Part shown: positions 9,011 through 18,835 of the stretch, piece after piece
How positions within the stretch are numbered: position 1 is the first letter of the stretch
How the letters are laid out: every line of letters starts with the position of its first letter
Assembly (NCBI GenBank): GCA_964512105.1
Contig: CAZEGI010000004.1
Location: forward strand, 5,692-60,252
Length of the DNA stretch: 54,561 nt
Source of the DNA: an uncultured archaeon
GTDB lineage: Archaea > Altiarchaeota > Altiarchaeia > IMC4 > CAZEGI01
Reading direction: 5' to 3'
Notes under the pieces: model-generated
Databases searched by the model: none
What the model was told of the DNA's origin: nothing
Seen by the model: the letters and a program-made list of their open reading frames with translations, nothing else
Position numbers and translations under genes: made by a program

Positions 9011-10827
9011 GATACGCCGTAATCTGTTCCAGAAGTCTGAGGATTGTCTTTTGTCTGTTCACTAAAGGGGAACAGATTACGTAGCGTTTCAAGACCCAAT
9101 TGCAAGTCTATTTTCTTTTGTATGCTGCTTACTTCCTTGTCGAAATTTTCCTCGCGGACGTACTTCATCCTCGCGATGTCATTAACGACGTCCGCGCGCA
9201 TTATCTCTGCGATGTCCATTCCGCTTTCCATCGCACTAAATGCCTTTTCGTAAAACTTCAGGATTGTTGAGAGCATAAGGTGCTGCTTCTTTAGTGAACA
9301 GAAGGTGTCGACCTCGTGGAACGCGTTCTGCTGCAGGAAGTCCTCCCGCAACATTTTTGCGATGTCGAGCATCAGACGCTCGCGGTCGGGAAGCGCGTCG
9401 GGCCCTATCAGCTGAACGATGCCCTGAAGTTCCGACTCCTTCTGCAGTATGGCCATCGCCTCTACCCTGAGTTTCATCCAGTTTTCCGCAACATTTGAGT
9501 TCAACCAATCCGTGAGGTTGTCCATGTAGAGGGAGTAGCTCGTCAGCCAGTTTATGGATGGGAAGTGGCGCCTGTCTGCAAGCTTGGCGTCAAGCGCCCA
9601 GAAAACCCTTGTGACACGAAGCGTGTTTTGTGTGACGGGTTCCGAGAAGTCACCGCCAGGTGGCGAAACCGCACCTATGATGGTTGTTGACGCGACTGTA
9701 TCTTTAGAGCCGAGAGTTACGACCCTGCCGGCACGCTCGTAAAATTCCGCAAGACGCGAGGCGAGATAGGCAGGATAACCCTCCTCGCCGGGCATCTCCT
9801 CTAGCCTTCCTGAAATCTCGCGCATTGCCTCGGCCCACCTAGATGTGGAATCTGCCATCACGGCCGTGTCGTAGCCCATGTCGCGGTAGTACTCCGCAAG
9901 TGTGACTCCCGTGTATACGGACGCCTCGCGTGCAGCAACAGGCATGTTTGAGGTGTTTGCTATCAGGACGGTGCGCTCCATCAACGGCAGTTTATTCTTC
10001 AGGTCCTCGATTTTTGGGAATTCCTCGAGGACTTCGGTCATCTCGTTGCCACGCTCGCCGCAGCCCACATAAACAATAACCTGGGCATCGCACCACTTTG
10101 CAAGCTGGTGCTGGCTTACGGTTTTTCCGGAACCAAACGGCCCCGGAATGGCCGCGGTGCCGCCCTTTGCAAGCGTGAAGAACGTGTCAAAAACGCGTTG
10201 TCCCGTGACCATGGGGACTTCGGGGTACAATTTACTTTTGAAAGGGCGCGGTTTTCTTACGGGCCATTTTTGCAGCATCGAGATTTCGTGTTTTTGTTTG
10301 TTGTCCCTTAGGATGCATATAACGTCTTCGACCTTGAAGGTTCCGTCTGAAATGTTCTCAACGGTCCCCTTGACCCCGTACGGAACCATCACACGGTGCG
10401 TTATTACCCGTGTCTCCTTTACCTCGCCAAGAACATCACCGGCAGTTACAAGGTCGCCTTCTTTTACTTTCGCAACAAACTTCCAGGTTTTTTTCCGGTC
10501 TATTGCAGGAACGTTTATCCCGCGGGTTATGAAAGCGCCTGCCTGGTTTTTTATGAGTTCCAAGGGTCTTTGAACGCCGTCGTAAATTGATTTCAGAACA
10601 CCGGGACCGAGTTCGACTGAAAGCGGCATGCCGGTTCCGGTTACGGGTTCACCTGGTTTCAGCCCGCTGGTTTCCTCGTAAACCTGGATGGACGCAACAT
10701 CGCCTTTCAGCCTTATTATTTCACCCACGAGTTGTTCATCGCCGACCCTGACCACTTCGTTCATCTGGCTGCCGTGCATTCCATTAGCTTCAACCAGCGG
10801 CCCGGTGACACGGATTATTTTACCCAT
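8995..10827 (-). CDS. atpA: A-type ATP synthase catalytic subunit A
   Basis: 610 aa with Walker A GPFGSGKT and the conserved A-subunit pattern. The last ~35 residues ([34 protein letters not shown]) look like a non-conserved tail. Confidence 0.97.
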   Translation of the reverse strand: MGKIIRVTGPLVEANGMHGSQMNEVVRVGDEQLVGEIIRLKGDVASIQVYEETSGLKPGEPVTGTGMPLSVELGPGVLKSIYDGVQRPLELIKNQAGAFITRGINVPAIDRKKTWKFVAKVKEGDLVTAGDVLGEVKETRVITHRVMVPYGVKGTVENISDGTFKVEDVICILRDNKQKHEISMLQKWPVRKPRPFKSKLYPEVPMVTGQRVFDTFFTLAKGGTAAIPGPFGSGKTVSQHQLAKWCDAQVIVYVGCGERGNEMTEVLEEFPKIEDLKNKLPLMERTVLIANTSNMPVAAREASVYTGVTLAEYYRDMGYDTAVMADSTSRWAEAMREISGRLEEMPGEEGYPAYLASRLAEFYERAGRVVTLGSKDTVASTTIIGAVSPPGGDFSEPVTQNTLRVTRVFWALDAKLADRRHFPSINWLTSYSLYMDNLTDWLNSNVAENWMKLRVEAMAILQKESELQGIVQLIGPDALPDRERLMLDIAKMLREDFLQQNAFHEVDTFCSLKKQHLMLSTILKFYEKAFSAMESGMDIAEIMRADVVNDIARMKYVREENFDKEVSSIQKKIDLQLGLETLRNLFPFSEQTKDNPQTSGTDYGVSKTGG

Positions 10828-11113
10828 TTTTTCTCAACTCGAAACCGACAGCGTTCTTTACAAGCTCGTTCGTTATTTCCTCACCGGAACCGCTCCTGTC
10901 CGGAATTGCGATAACGATTTTGCCCGCATCCCTGAGCTGGTCGATTTCTTTTCTAGCGTACTGTGAAAGTTCCTTTGTTACGAGTATTATACTTTCGCTG
11001 GGGTTTATTTTTTTGAACGCAGTAACGACAGTGTTTTTTTCCGCAATTGTTATTTTCCTCAGGCCTGCAAGGCGCAACCCTGTCGCGGTCAGCCTGTCCG
11101 CTATGAGGTGCAT
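10820..11113 (-). CDS. atpF: A-type ATP synthase subunit F
   Basis: 97 aa. ATGLRLAG..., position immediately upstream of atpA with an 8-nt overlap. Confidence 0.88.
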   Translation of the reverse strand: MHLIADRLTATGLRLAGLRKITIAEKNTVVTAFKKINPSESIILVTKELSQYARKEIDQLRDAGKIVIAIPDRSGSGEEITNELVKNAVGFELRKNG

Positions 11114-11115
11114 TT

Positions 11116-11655
11116 TTATTTGAACAACATCTGGACGATTTTTGGTTCCAGAGCCGGACGCATGCGAGCGAGAACGCTTGACAGGGTGTTGTCAACGCTG
11201 ACGCTTCCGTCCTTACTTTCAATTATTACCCCAAAGTCCCCTATATTCCTGGATTTTGCAGGTATGAGGTCCCTGTATTTCGAGTCCACATACACCACCG
11301 GGTTTTGAACGCCTTTCTTTCCGTCCTGCGCCAGCTTCTGCAGTATCTTGGTTTTTTGTTTTTTGTCAAGTCCGAGGATTTTATCGCGGACGGACAGAAA
11401 AACAGAATCGATGAGTTTTGTTTTTTCTGATTCGGTTTTTGTCTTTGCCTTCATCCTTGCGTCCGCAAGAATGCGTTTTTCGAGAAGTTTTATCTCGTGC
11501 TCTTTTCGGGCCTTGTATTTCTCGCACTCGCGGGCAGCGTCGGATTTTATTTTGTTTTTTATGACCTCCAGTTCAACTTCGGTTTGTTTTTTTATTTTTT
11601 CTATCTCGGCTCTTGCAGATTTCCGTACGCTTTGTTCGAGTTTATCAAGACTCAT
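11116..11655 (-). CDS. atpE: A-type ATP synthase subunit E
   Basis: 179 aa. Long charged N-terminal helix plus C-terminal globular part (GGVIIESKDGSV-like GVIIESKDGSVSVDNTL). Sits upstream of atpF. Confidence 0.88.
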   Translation of the reverse strand: MSLDKLEQSVRKSARAEIEKIKKQTEVELEVIKNKIKSDAARECEKYKARKEHEIKLLEKRILADARMKAKTKTESEKTKLIDSVFLSVRDKILGLDKKQKTKILQKLAQDGKKGVQNPVVYVDSKYRDLIPAKSRNIGDFGVIIESKDGSVSVDNTLSSVLARMRPALEPKIVQMLFK

Positions 11656-11766
11656 GGCGGGATATCAACCTCATGAAATAGTTGAATTTTTGCGAATAAA
11701 AACGGACAGTAATCCATAAACCGTGTGTTCTTAATATCATTTAAATCAAATATCTAAGGTAGCAAG
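11656..11766. promoter_or_regulatory. divergent promoter region between atpE (minus) and atpI (plus)
   Basis: 111-nt AT-rich spacer. TTTAAAT at about 11739-11745 lies ~25 nt before the atpI ATG. TTTTTATTC on the minus strand lies ~45 nt before the atpE ATG. TATA assignments are by eye. Confidence 0.4.
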
Positions 11767-13719
11767 ATGTTCAGACCTTCTCGAATGCAGAGGATTACGG
11801 CATTTGTGCTTGATGAACACGTTGACGGCGTTGTGCGGACGCTGGGTGCCATCGGGACGGTGCAGATTATCGACTTTAAGGATACGAGCAATGGCGAAAA
11901 ACAATTGCATCCTGAAATTAACACGGAGATGTTCAACAAATGCTCCGGCCTTCTTAGACGGGTTCATAACCTTACGACTATTCTTGGAATCGAAAGCGAG
12001 GCAGAACAAACAAAACTTGGAAAGCTCAAAATCGCGACGCTTGAAAAAAAACTCGAACCCCCGGAGAAGGACGTCATAGAACTGCAGAAGAACATAACGA
12101 AGGTTCTGGAAGATGAGGAATTGGTGAGGCGCGACAAAAAAACCCTTGATTTTTTGCACGGCGTTGGCGTTAGTTACGAACAGCTTCGCGAATCCCGGTT
12201 CCTGTTTGTTGAAGCCGGTCTGATGGATTTTGAACAGCTTGGGGATTTGGATGGGGCCCTGAAGGAGAAACTTGAGGACGAGTATGTGCTGTTGACTGGA
12301 AAACGGACTGGTGGGATTGTCACGGTTGTGGTTGTAGTGCCTAAAAATCACAGGTCTGAAGTTGAACGTATCCTAAGCACTGTGAAATTCGAGGCGCTGA
12401 AGGTTTCGGGGCGTTTCGGAAATACGCGCGAGGTTCTGGAACAGAAACTGCTAGAGACAGGGAAAACCAAAAGTGAATTCAACGAAAGGCTGCAGGAATG
12501 CCGCGAAAAATATTCCGATGAACTGCTCCGGATGAGCGCGTTCCTTGAGAACGAGAAAAAAATCGCTGAAGTAAAATTGATGTTCGGAAAAACCTCGAGG
12601 GTGACAGTACTCGACGGCTGGGTCCCCGAGAGGCGGGTTGAAGAGACCGTGGGAAAGATAAACCTGATGACGAACGACTGCTCGCTGGTCAATGTCACTA
12701 AACCGGAGACCGACGACAACGTTCCAGTGGCGCTTGAAAACCCGGAAATCGTAAAGCCGTTCGAATCCATAACCGAATCCTTCGGGCTGCCGAGCTACAA
12801 CGAGATAGACCCGACGATTTTCATCGCATTGAGCTTTCCGCTGATATTCGGGATGATGTTCGGCGATGTCGGCCACGGTCTGGTCATATCACTAGTTGGT
12901 TATCTGATATGGAAACTGAAGAGGAACGGATTTGGAAAGATACTTGTTTCGTGCGGTTTCAGCAGCATGCTCTTCGGTTTTTTGTACGGCAGCGTTTTCG
13001 GTTATGAGGAGCTGCTGCATCCGCTGTGGCTGAACCCGTTCAGTCTGGTAAAGGCTGGGGAAGTGAAAGGCCTTTTCGGAATGATGATTTTCGTCGGAGT
13101 TCTGCAGATGGGCTTGGGAATATTGATAGACGCGTTTAACAGGATGGCGAACAAAAATTTGAAAAGTACTGTTGTTGGTTCTGTTGGCAGGTTTGCATTA
13201 TTCTCCGGCGTTGTGACTCTGATAACGAAGCTGTTCGGTTTTCAGATTCCGTTTTTTGTCGGGCTTTCGAATTTACCTGTGCCGAGCATCCTGGGTTTTG
13301 GCATAGTCGTGCCGGTCATGGCGATTGTCGGTGAAGAAACACTTCACGAATATTCACAGTCGCGTTCCTTAAAGAAAACCCTCGGTTTCGGGGTTGACAG
13401 CCTGTTCGAGGTCATGGACACTATCGTAATGTTCTTGGGTAATACTATATCCTACAGCAGAATCCTCATACTCGCGCTGGTCCATGCGATCATGGGTTTC
13501 GTGATATTCACGATGGCAGGCCTTCTCGCAGGGATATCTTATATAGGTATAATATTATATTATTTATTCGTCGTTGCAGGGACGATACTCCTCATACTCG
13601 GCCTTGAGGGTCTGGTCGTGTACATACACACCATAAGGCTGCACTACTACGAGTGGTTCAGCAAGTTCTACAGGGCCGGCGGAGTTAAGTACCAGCCGTT
13701 TAAGATAATCGTAACATGA
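11767..13719 (+). CDS. atpI: A-type ATP synthase subunit I (membrane a-subunit)
   Basis: 650 aa. Soluble N-terminal half plus multi-TM C-terminal half ending ...RLHYYEWFSKFY, the conserved Arg-containing helix region. Confidence 0.93.
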   Translation: MFRPSRMQRITAFVLDEHVDGVVRTLGAIGTVQIIDFKDTSNGEKQLHPEINTEMFNKCSGLLRRVHNLTTILGIESEAEQTKLGKLKIATLEKKLEPPEKDVIELQKNITKVLEDEELVRRDKKTLDFLHGVGVSYEQLRESRFLFVEAGLMDFEQLGDLDGALKEKLEDEYVLLTGKRTGGIVTVVVVVPKNHRSEVERILSTVKFEALKVSGRFGNTREVLEQKLLETGKTKSEFNERLQECREKYSDELLRMSAFLENEKKIAEVKLMFGKTSRVTVLDGWVPERRVEETVGKINLMTNDCSLVNVTKPETDDNVPVALENPEIVKPFESITESFGLPSYNEIDPTIFIALSFPLIFGMMFGDVGHGLVISLVGYLIWKLKRNGFGKILVSCGFSSMLFGFLYGSVFGYEELLHPLWLNPFSLVKAGEVKGLFGMMIFVGVLQMGLGILIDAFNRMANKNLKSTVVGSVGRFALFSGVVTLITKLFGFQIPFFVGLSNLPVPSILGFGIVVPVMAIVGEETLHEYSQSRSLKKTLGFGVDSLFEVMDTIVMFLGNTISYSRILILALVHAIMGFVIFTMAGLLAGISYIGIILYYLFVVAGTILLILGLEGLVVYIHTIRLHYYEWFSKFYRAGGVKYQPFKIIVT

Positions 13720-13729
13720 GGTGAGTAGC

Positions 13730-13948
13730 ATGGTAGTAATTGAAATGACAAAGGAACTTTCAGCTGCAATCGCTATTAGTGTGTCTGCTCTGGCATCCGG
13801 TTATGCGATAGCCGTAACGGGTGCTGCAGCAGCCGGCGCGGTGGCAGAAAAACCTGAGGTCTCTGGCAAGGTGCTGTTGTTTGTGGCTCTGGCAGAGGCT
13901 ATCGCGATTTACGGCCTTGTTGTTGCATTGATGATACTGTTCCGGTAA
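13730..13948 (+). CDS. atpK: A-type ATP synthase subunit K (proteolipid c-subunit)
   Basis: Two-helix hairpin protein with the ion-binding Glu in ALAEAIAIYGLVVALMI. The track starts at GTG 13721. I prefer ATG 13730. Confidence 0.9.
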   Translation: MVVIEMTKELSAAIAISVSALASGYAIAVTGAAAAGAVAEKPEVSGKVLLFVALAEAIAIYGLVVALMILFR

Positions 13949-13950
13949 AC

Positions 13951-14139
13951 ATGGTGCGGATAGAAAGCGTAACACTGAGTCTGAGAATTTCGCTTTACGT
14001 TTTACTGCCGATGTTTTTTGGCTATGTCGCAGGCAGCAGCATGAGCAGGTTTTGGGGGATGATGGGCTTGCTGCTCGGCGCGGTTATCGGTTTCCTGATT
14101 TCGACTATGACGATCAGAAAAATGATGGACAACGGATAA
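13951..14139 (+). CDS. small two-TM membrane protein directly downstream of atpK
   Basis: 62 aa starting 2 nt after the atpK stop. Two hydrophobic helices (LYVLLPMFFGYVAG, MMGLLLGAVIGFLIST). Its architecture recalls the small AtpZ/ATPase_gene1-type proteins of bacterial atp operons; that similarity is only an impression. Confidence 0.5.
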   Translation: MVRIESVTLSLRISLYVLLPMFFGYVAGSSMSRFWGMMGLLLGAVIGFLISTMTIRKMMDNG

Positions 14140-14595
14140 CTACGACCTTTTCCCATAATCCGGCCTTGAATACCCGCGGGATTTCACGCTCTTTTTTGCA
14201 TGGTCGTAGCGCATCGCGTTCATGACATCCCGCACCGTCAACATCCCTATGACTTTTCCTTTATCAACGACAGGCAGACGCCGTATCTTGTGTTTGTTGA
14301 ATATCTCGATCAGCTCGGTAAGCGGAGTATCCACGCCGGCATAGACTATGGGCTTGCTCATGACTTCGGAAACCGAGGTTTTTTCTGGTGATGCGCCCCT
14401 TGCAACAATCCTCTTCACTATGTCGCGCTCCGTTATTATTCCGAGCTCGGCGCTGGAGAGCAGAATGTTCTTGTCGCCGTTCACGACCAGGCAACCTATG
14501 TCCCTAGCACTCATGAGTTTGGCTGCTTCCGTAACGGTTTTATTCCTGCTTATCGTGTGCACCGGCGTCCGCATGATTTCCTTCGCAGTGACCAT
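14140..14595 (-). CDS. CBS-pair domain protein
   Basis: Two CBS repeats (AKEIMRTPVHTIS...; VSEVMSKPIVYAGVDTPLTELIEIFNKHKIRRLPVVD). Confidence 0.85.
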   Translation of the reverse strand: MVTAKEIMRTPVHTISRNKTVTEAAKLMSARDIGCLVVNGDKNILLSSAELGIITERDIVKRIVARGASPEKTSVSEVMSKPIVYAGVDTPLTELIEIFNKHKIRRLPVVDKGKVIGMLTVRDVMNAMRYDHAKKSVKSRGYSRPDYGKRS

Positions 14596-14623
14596 CCTGG
14601 TAGTATATTGTTAAGATATAGGA

Positions 14624-15655
14624 TTAGATTATAAGTAAACCTTCAACCTCGTCTGCAGACAGGCCATTGCCAATCCCCACAACGATCGCCCGCAGGTTCT
14701 CTATCTCGGTTTCCTTCAGTTTCAGGTAACCCAGGATTGACCCCATCTGGAATGGATAGCCCTTCATGAGGTTTCTGTTTTTTTGCAGGAGATGGCGTTT
14801 TAACGCAATCTCGAACCCCTGCAGCGATTTCGTCCTTTCGTATTCGCCGGTGTGTTTTTTCAGCAACCTGCCGTAAACTGTTTCCGAGATTTTTTCAACG
14901 AAATCTTCGACACTTTCTGCGGTCATGTACTTTTTTGTTATTTCAAAAAATCCCGTTTTTGCAGGAATCAGAAACCCGCCCGGTTCAACACCAAGTTTCT
15001 TGCACCTCAGCATCGTCATCAGGTTGGTTACATCAATTTCGGTTGTGATGAATTTTTTTGCAATTTTTTTATCGTTTTTTTTCTTTAGAAGATTTACCTT
15101 TTCCAGAAGTTTGTTGTAATAATAGAGGTCCAAAGCGAGTGTCAACGCAAGCGTTGTTTCCGAATTTCCGGTTTTCTTCAGTGCTTCTCCGTATTCCGTA
15201 TCATGAAGAAGTTCCAGCAGGTCATCGATGTTCCCTGCTTCAAGCAGTTTTGGAAGCATCTTCCTGATTCTTGGCGACAGCATCAATTCGTCAACAGTTT
15301 CAACTAAAGTATTTTCGATTTTTGATGTTATGAGTTCCTTGAGAACCGCGATTTCGTATTTTTTGAGCCGAAATGCGAAGAAATCCCGCGCATCGGAATC
15401 CACAATCTTCAGGATTTTTTTGTTGGCGTCCAGCAGGTTTTTGGTCAGCGCGTCTTCAAGGTTCTTAACCGTCAAGGAATCGACAGAACGAATGTCCTTT
15501 GAGTAGGGCATGCCGTCCAGCAAACCTGCAATGTCGCCGAGCGTTTTTGCGCCGAGAAGCATTTTCATGTCCCTGTCGCTGAGAAGCAGACTCTTCATCC
15601 CACGCGCCCTGGCGTTGGGGTTCGCATACCGCACCACGTCAACCAGAGAGGTCAT
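14624..15655 (-). CDS. atpC: A-type ATP synthase subunit C
   Basis: 343 aa. YANPNARARGMKSLLL N-terminus and ENLRAIVVG C-terminal motif, typical of the V/A-ATPase d/C subunit. Confidence 0.9.
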   Translation of the reverse strand: MTSLVDVVRYANPNARARGMKSLLLSDRDMKMLLGAKTLGDIAGLLDGMPYSKDIRSVDSLTVKNLEDALTKNLLDANKKILKIVDSDARDFFAFRLKKYEIAVLKELITSKIENTLVETVDELMLSPRIRKMLPKLLEAGNIDDLLELLHDTEYGEALKKTGNSETTLALTLALDLYYYNKLLEKVNLLKKKNDKKIAKKFITTEIDVTNLMTMLRCKKLGVEPGGFLIPAKTGFFEITKKYMTAESVEDFVEKISETVYGRLLKKHTGEYERTKSLQGFEIALKRHLLQKNRNLMKGYPFQMGSILGYLKLKETEIENLRAIVVGIGNGLSADEVEGLLII

Positions 15656-15959
15656 CCTGCTGCAGTTTCTTTACCACCAACGAAATCGCCTTGTCAAAAT
15701 TAATTTCCGCTTTCTTTCTTATCTCCGAAACCTGCTTGTCAGAATCGTCAAGTATTTTTTTGGCCTCTGCATCGGCATTTTTCCTTGCGGTTTCCTCTTT
15801 TTTCTTTATGTCGGCTTCGGCCTGTTCGAGCTCTTTCCTGATGAGTTCGCTCCGCCTTGAGGAAAGTTCGGAGATTTTTTTCTTCGAATCTGCCTTTGCT
15901 CTCTCTATGTCCCTCGCAACCTCCTCTTCCACCTTCAGTATGCGGTCAAGCTCCTTCAT
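15639..15959 (-). CDS. atpH: A-type ATP synthase subunit H
   Basis: 106 aa, entirely charged coiled-coil (ILKVEEEVARDIERAKAD...). Overlaps the atpC start. Confidence 0.8.
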   Translation of the reverse strand: MKELDRILKVEEEVARDIERAKADSKKKISELSSRRSELIRKELEQAEADIKKKEETARKNADAEAKKILDDSDKQVSEIRKKAEINFDKAISLVVKKLQQDDLSG

Positions 15960-17550
15960 CCTTGAGCATCGCCTCTATGACCTTGCCGTAGGCCGGTCTT
16001 GTGATAAACACGCCTATGAGGACGCCAACGATTGTAGTAAATGCAAAACCCTTCAGTGCATAAACTGTCATGAGTGGCATCATGGCCGCAACAATGGTCG
16101 CCGCGGCGGTGAATATTATGAAGAACGCCCTCTTCAAGCGTTCGGTGATGCTTATGACCCTCTGTTGCTCCCTCTTTAGGGTTTCGTCCGTTATGACAAT
16201 CTGGTCATTAACGCCCGTTCCAATTGCGGTTATGATTCCGGCAATCGCCGGTAAGTCCAGATTCCAGTGCACCAGCGATGCAAATCCGAGAGTTATGGTA
16301 ACTTCACTTATGTCGGTGGCCATTATGGAGAGGAGTATGAACGGTCTGCGGTAATACAGGAATATTACCAATGCAACGGTGATTATTGCGAACATGCCGG
16401 CGATTATGCTGTATTTTATGAACGAGGTTCCGACCGTGTGGGGAATGTGCGTTTCCCCGACAGGCGTCGCCTTCACGGGAAGGTTGCCGAGTGAGAACAG
16501 AACCTTGTTTTTCTCTATTTCGAGCATCGCATCTTCGAGTGTTGCTGAAAAGCCGGTGAGTTGCGCTTCATATACACAGCCGGTTATCGGGTTTATGTTC
16601 AGTCTCGGGGAGCTTTTTATACCGGTTAGTTCCTTAACCCACTCAGCATAAGAAAGATTGCCGACCGGTTTCCTCACGGTTTCAAAATCGTTACTTTCCA
16701 GTGTATTCCTTAAATCCTCGGAAAGTGAATCCTCGTCACCCGCGAGTATCACCTTATAGAATCCCTTCGTCCTGGACTCGTTCAGTTTGTCCATCAAGGC
16801 ACTTGTGTCATTTTCAAACACAATAACCGGAATCAGCGACCTGTTTTCTATTATTTCGATAAGGTCGTTCCCGAAGTAGAAGTCGCTCTCTGTCGGCGGA
16901 ATGCCCTTTATCAGGTCGTACCTTTGTCGGGTCATCATGATTGTCGTGTTTTCTGGGCGGTCTATGAACATGTCTATCGGCCTGTTCTTCGGGCTGTCGA
17001 GACTGTAGAACGCCCCGAATGACGCGTTCTGGAATCTGCACGGCGCATCGCCCGTATGCTTCACTGCAACGACCCAGCGGTAACCGCTCTGCCATTTTTC
17101 GATGCCGCTTCCTCTTGGCCCGAGATCAACTTCAATTTCCTTACCCATGACCGCGAGCCTTCCGTCAATGCGCTCCTCGAATTTTGCCTCGCGCTCGAGA
17201 ATCTGGCGTATCCTTGATATATCCTCCTCGGATGCCTTGGCAACCTGGATGAGTATGAACTGGTTTCCTACAGGCAGCACTTGGATGTCCTTCAATGCCA
17301 TCGAGTTCAGCTGGTAATCCAGCAGTCCTTTTATGTTCTGCATCTCATCCGCACTCACGGCTCTTTCTAGATGGAGATGCATCTCGACGCCGCCTGCAAA
17401 CGCTGTGCCGTATTCCAAACCGTTTGGCAACCCGTCGTCATTCAAACCCTTGTTGAAGATGAGGTAAAGGGAGGTTAGGATACACAACGCGACTAAAATC
17501 ACCCTCCAGTTTTTGAACACATCTTTCATTTTTGTATTATTTGGACTCAA
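15946..17550 (-). CDS. secD: protein-export membrane protein SecD
   Basis: 534 aa. N-terminal TM, large extracytoplasmic domain, C-terminal 5-TM block with GTGVNDQIVITDE. Confidence 0.9.
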   Translation of the reverse strand: MSPNNTKMKDVFKNWRVILVALCILTSLYLIFNKGLNDDGLPNGLEYGTAFAGGVEMHLHLERAVSADEMQNIKGLLDYQLNSMALKDIQVLPVGNQFILIQVAKASEEDISRIRQILEREAKFEERIDGRLAVMGKEIEVDLGPRGSGIEKWQSGYRWVVAVKHTGDAPCRFQNASFGAFYSLDSPKNRPIDMFIDRPENTTIMMTRQRYDLIKGIPPTESDFYFGNDLIEIIENRSLIPVIVFENDTSALMDKLNESRTKGFYKVILAGDEDSLSEDLRNTLESNDFETVRKPVGNLSYAEWVKELTGIKSSPRLNINPITGCVYEAQLTGFSATLEDAMLEIEKNKVLFSLGNLPVKATPVGETHIPHTVGTSFIKYSIIAGMFAIITVALVIFLYYRRPFILLSIMATDISEVTITLGFASLVHWNLDLPAIAGIITAIGTGVNDQIVITDETLKREQQRVISITERLKRAFFIIFTAAATIVAAMMPLMTVYALKGFAFTTIVGVLIGVFITRPAYGKVIEAMLKDEGA

Positions 17551-18589
17551 AGTACCACTTCAGCATTCCCGCGTTTGTGAACCATGTAGTCATGATGTCC
17601 GCGACCAAGCCGATCAGCAGTATGGACGCAATGTTGGTCCACATTGAAAGCTGGATTGTATAGGATATCACGAAGAGGACGACGAGTGCAGACATCGTTG
17701 AGGCCAGCATGGTGAACGCGGTCTTCATAGCATCGTTTATCTGGTCGTTTATTTCTGCACCCCTCTGCTTCAAAACCCTTGATGTCAGGAGTATATCGGT
17801 GTCCACGGAATAACCGATGAGCATGAGCAGTGCAGCGATTGAAACGGGCTCGAGTTCTATTCCAAGCAGACTGACGCCGCCGGCAGCGATTATAACGTCG
17901 TTGATGGCCGCCTGAATCACAGCGATTGACGGCACGAATTCCCTGAAAGCGATGAAAACGACAATCGCCATGAGGGCGAACGCAACGGCCATTGCGGTTA
18001 TCCCCCTTGTTTTGAAGTCCGCCCCGAGAATCGGCATTACGGAGTTATACAGCAGGTTTGCATCGCTGATTCCGAGCTCGGCTTCCGGCAGTTTTTTTGA
18101 TACGTCTTTTTTAAGCTCCTCCTTGTCCAGATTTGAGGCGGTTATCGTGATTTTGCCGTCCTTAAATTCCGAAACGCTGCCGTACTTCTGCAATACCAAG
18201 AGCGTATCCTTGGTCGGCTCCTTATCGATTTTTAATGTTGCAATGTCGTATTCGGAAAGTGGTCCGACGTATTTCTCAAGCACTTGCACGATCCTGTTTT
18301 TGTCCACGGTGCTTATGTCGGACGTCGTCTTAAGAATCAGAACGTCGCTGCCGGCAAGCACTTTCAGATTTTCAAGTTTTAGTTGTGCCAGGTCGTTCTC
18401 TAGCGCGGCCTGGTCTATGGCCTTGTCGGTTTTAACCTCAACGAGCAACCCACCCTGGAATTCTATCCCGAATGTGAGTCCGTTAAATATTATAACGAGA
18501 ATCATCAGTCCGGATATTATGAACGGGATAAACACCAAAATCTTGTACGGAACCCGCTTGATCATCCGGTCGTACGGTTTGTCAAACAT
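17537..18589 (-). CDS. secF: protein-export membrane protein SecF
   Basis: 350 aa. GIEFQGG near the N-terminus and C-terminal TM block with IGYSVDTDILLTSR. Confidence 0.9.
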   Translation of the reverse strand: MFDKPYDRMIKRVPYKILVFIPFIISGLMILVIIFNGLTFGIEFQGGLLVEVKTDKAIDQAALENDLAQLKLENLKVLAGSDVLILKTTSDISTVDKNRIVQVLEKYVGPLSEYDIATLKIDKEPTKDTLLVLQKYGSVSEFKDGKITITASNLDKEELKKDVSKKLPEAELGISDANLLYNSVMPILGADFKTRGITAMAVAFALMAIVVFIAFREFVPSIAVIQAAINDVIIAAGGVSLLGIELEPVSIAALLMLIGYSVDTDILLTSRVLKQRGAEINDQINDAMKTAFTMLASTMSALVVLFVISYTIQLSMWTNIASILLIGLVADIMTTWFTNAGMLKWYFESK

Positions 18590-18649
18590 GTTCTATAATT
18601 TGGAGTTTGGATATAAAAGTAGTATAATACAGAGGCACAGTGTAGCGTG

Positions 18650-18835
18650 TCAGCGCTCCATCAAATCCTTCTTGCAGTCATCGCAAACATACTTACCATC
18701 AACAACCCACTTCAGCCACTTTTCCCTGCCGCAATGCACGCACATGGACTGCAAGGTTGTCGGGCTTCGGTGTACTTTTTTGGCTACGCCCTCGAAACCG
18801 GAAAATCCCCCGAGCGTTGTCTGTTCGGGCTTCAT
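18650..18835 (-). CDS. small zinc-ribbon protein
   Basis: 61 aa with CVHCG...CDDC (CxxC-N17-CxxC). Upstream of secF on the same strand. Confidence 0.55.
   Translation of the reverse strand: MKPEQTTLGGFSGFEGVAKKVHRSPTTLQSMCVHCGREKWLKWVVDGKYVCDDCKKDLMER

Noticed and set aside
8995-10827. Intein or other insertion in AtpA, because of its 610-aa length.
   Set aside because: The extra length is explained by the C-terminal tail. The catalytic core reads continuously, with no intein block motifs.
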